DNA of 64,000 bases from Macrostomum lignano (lineage: Eukaryota). This document shows positions 62,140 through 64,000 of this stretch, piece after piece (positions within the stretch are counted from its first letter, which is position 1; every line of letters begins with the position of its first letter). A program made the position numbers and the translations under genes. The notes under the pieces are model-generated. The model was given only the letters and a program-made list of their open reading frames with translations. It had not been told where the DNA came from and did not search any database. The stretch is taken from assembly GCA_002269645.1 (NCBI GenBank), contig NIVC01000038.1, forward strand, positions 1,302,001 through 1,366,000. The letters are read 5' to 3'.

Positions 62140-63773
62140 TCAGCCTCCGACCCAGAACAGGCCGGTGACTGGTTTGTTTTCAACTGGTCGCAGGACGAAG
62201 AAGCTGCCGGGCTTGCGCATGTTGATCTTGTCCTTGTCGATCTGCAGCACCGCGCCTGCGTTCGTGTGCGTGCCGCTGTAGCCGGGGGCGCTGAACACTG
62301 TGATGCAGCGTCTGGGAAAAAGCCATAAAAGTATTGATAATGATCTCCCATGGCTGCGTGCACCCTGGCGCACTTTAGGCGACTTGTCGCACAACCGGCG
62401 AGAGGCATTACTGCCCATTCCGCCGACTCCCCTGGGCAGGCACACAAGCGCGCGGATGCGTACGCAGTCATACGACAGGCACACACTCATACAGGAGTGT
62501 ACAGCGGCCCTAACTTTATTTATCGCTAGGCATGTACACTTCACTGTGCCTTGGGGGTTGGCCAAACCCAAACAACTAACAAACTGACTAACTAACAAAC
62601 TGACTGACTAACTAACTAACTGACTAACTAACTAACTGACTAACTATATGACTGACTGACTGACTGACTGACTGACTGACTCAGTGACTGACTGACTGAC
62701 TGACTGACTGACTCAGTGACTGACTGACTGACTGACTGACTGACTCAGTGACTGACTGACTGACTGACTGACTGACTGACTGACTCAGTGACTGACTGAC
62801 TGACTGACTGACTGACTGACTGACTGACTGTATGACTGACTGACTGACTGACTGACTGACTCAGTGACTGACTGACTGACTGACTGACTAACTAACTAAC
62901 TAACCTGTTAAGGTGGGACATGAACCCTTCCTGCGCCACCTGATGGCCCCGAACAAGCAGTCCAGCTCCGAAGCTGTGCAGCGCCGACTCCAGCGCCTCC
63001 AGCGAGAACATGTACGAGCAGCCGCGCTTGCTGGGTGTCCAGTGCACCTTTGCGGGCTGGTCTCCGGCTTTGAACAGGCAGAACTGCGGATACGGCATCG
63101 GGTCCGCCCACAGCAGGTCGCAGGCGGCGCCAAACTGAGGCGGCTCAAATGGGCGTCGCATTGAATTTAGCGACGTAATAGCGGAGACCGGCTTGCTGGA
63201 GCGGTAGGGCTCCAGCTCGAATGTCGGCGATATGCCGCCGTGACAGCAGAAAATCTGCTGATTGATGAGGCCGGCCAGCGGCAGCCACTGGAAGCAGCGC
63301 AGGAAGCCCATCAGCACGCTGGTGCCAGTTTCGTTTCCAAACCGCTGCATCACCTCGTCCTTGAAACCGTAGCGACAGCAGACGTTTGCAGCCTCGTGGT
63401 TGCCACGCAGAAGGTAGACACTGTTTGGATAGACCAGCATGAGACTCAGCAGCAGCACGATCACCTCCAGCGAGTACTTTCCCCGATCGATATAGTCGCC
63501 GAGGAATAGGTACTTGGACTTGGGCGGCTGGCCCAGCCGATCAAAAATCCTGAGCAGATCGTGAAACTGGCCGTGAATGTCGCCCACAATGTTCACTGGA
63601 GATTGTACTCGAAGACAGATGGCCGTATCGCTGCTGAGGAAGTTGATGGCCAGCTGGCAGACTGTCAGACACTCGTCCGCGGTCAGGTTCGGGTGGCTGG
63701 AGTACTCATCGGCTGGGAAGCTCATCAGCCGGATGATGAGCTCGTTGAGGTTCATCTCAGCTGTGATCGGCAT
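62140..63773 (-). CDS. Divergent PPP-family Ser/Thr phosphatase (PP1-like catalytic subunit), 2 exons, ~346 aa
   Basis: Motifs GDIHG, GDYIDRG, GNHE, HGG, DLLWADP and RGHQ in exon 63773-62905. Phase-2 splice to 62311-62140 gives NR-RCITVFSAPGYSGTHTNAGAVLQID. Confidence 0.9.
62575..62903. repeat. (GACT)n/(AACT)n microsatellite in the phosphatase intron, abutting the donor site
   Basis: Directly visible. Confidence 0.95.
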
Positions 63774-64000
63774 GGTTGGATCAGTGAACTCAGAAGTTCT
63801 TAATGAAACAGCTTTACACCTTGGCTGCAGCTGTTGAGCAGAGAGATAAATACGCTTGCAACGATCGAGCGCTCAGTTTTATTTGCAGTCTGTGGCCCAA
63901 CTGGGTGAGAAATACACGACTGTAGCATGCGCTCTGATTGCTATGGCTAAGTACACCCAATATTGCTCATGAACTACATGTGCATGTCTCAGTGTCTGAT

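Overview
Repeat-rich eukaryotic (invertebrate animal) DNA with GT-AG introns and GC-rich exons. The host is probably a lophotrochozoan, possibly a free-living flatworm, but that is inference only. Host genes: the 3' part of an ankyrin-repeat gene; three paralogous 3-exon DEG/ENaC (FaNaC-like) channel genes (6.5-8.8 kb +, 20.1-22.3 kb -, 52.7-55.2 kb +); a secreted LamG-like protein and a frameshifted partial paralog; a secreted 2x C-type lectin + LamG-like protein; a 140-aa orphan ORF; and a divergent PP1-like phosphatase. Mobile DNA: an exact head-to-tail train of three Helitrons filling 30549-50400 (non-autonomous, then a 9-exon OTU-Rep-PIF1 element, then non-autonomous); a full-length Ty3/Gypsy element with LTRs, PBS, PPT and a 4-bp TSD; three MITEs; and many minisatellites. 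Most long ORFs in the track are artefacts of these repeats. Two observations stand out. (1) The channel paralogs are nearly identical in scaffold but carry three sharply bounded hypervariable segments that map to the apical ligand-binding surface, suggesting a diversifying receptor repertoire. (2) The heterotypic Helitron train, whose non-autonomous members carry tRNA-like heads, satellites and telomeric repeats. All coordinates, alignments and domain calls were made by eye; no searches were run.
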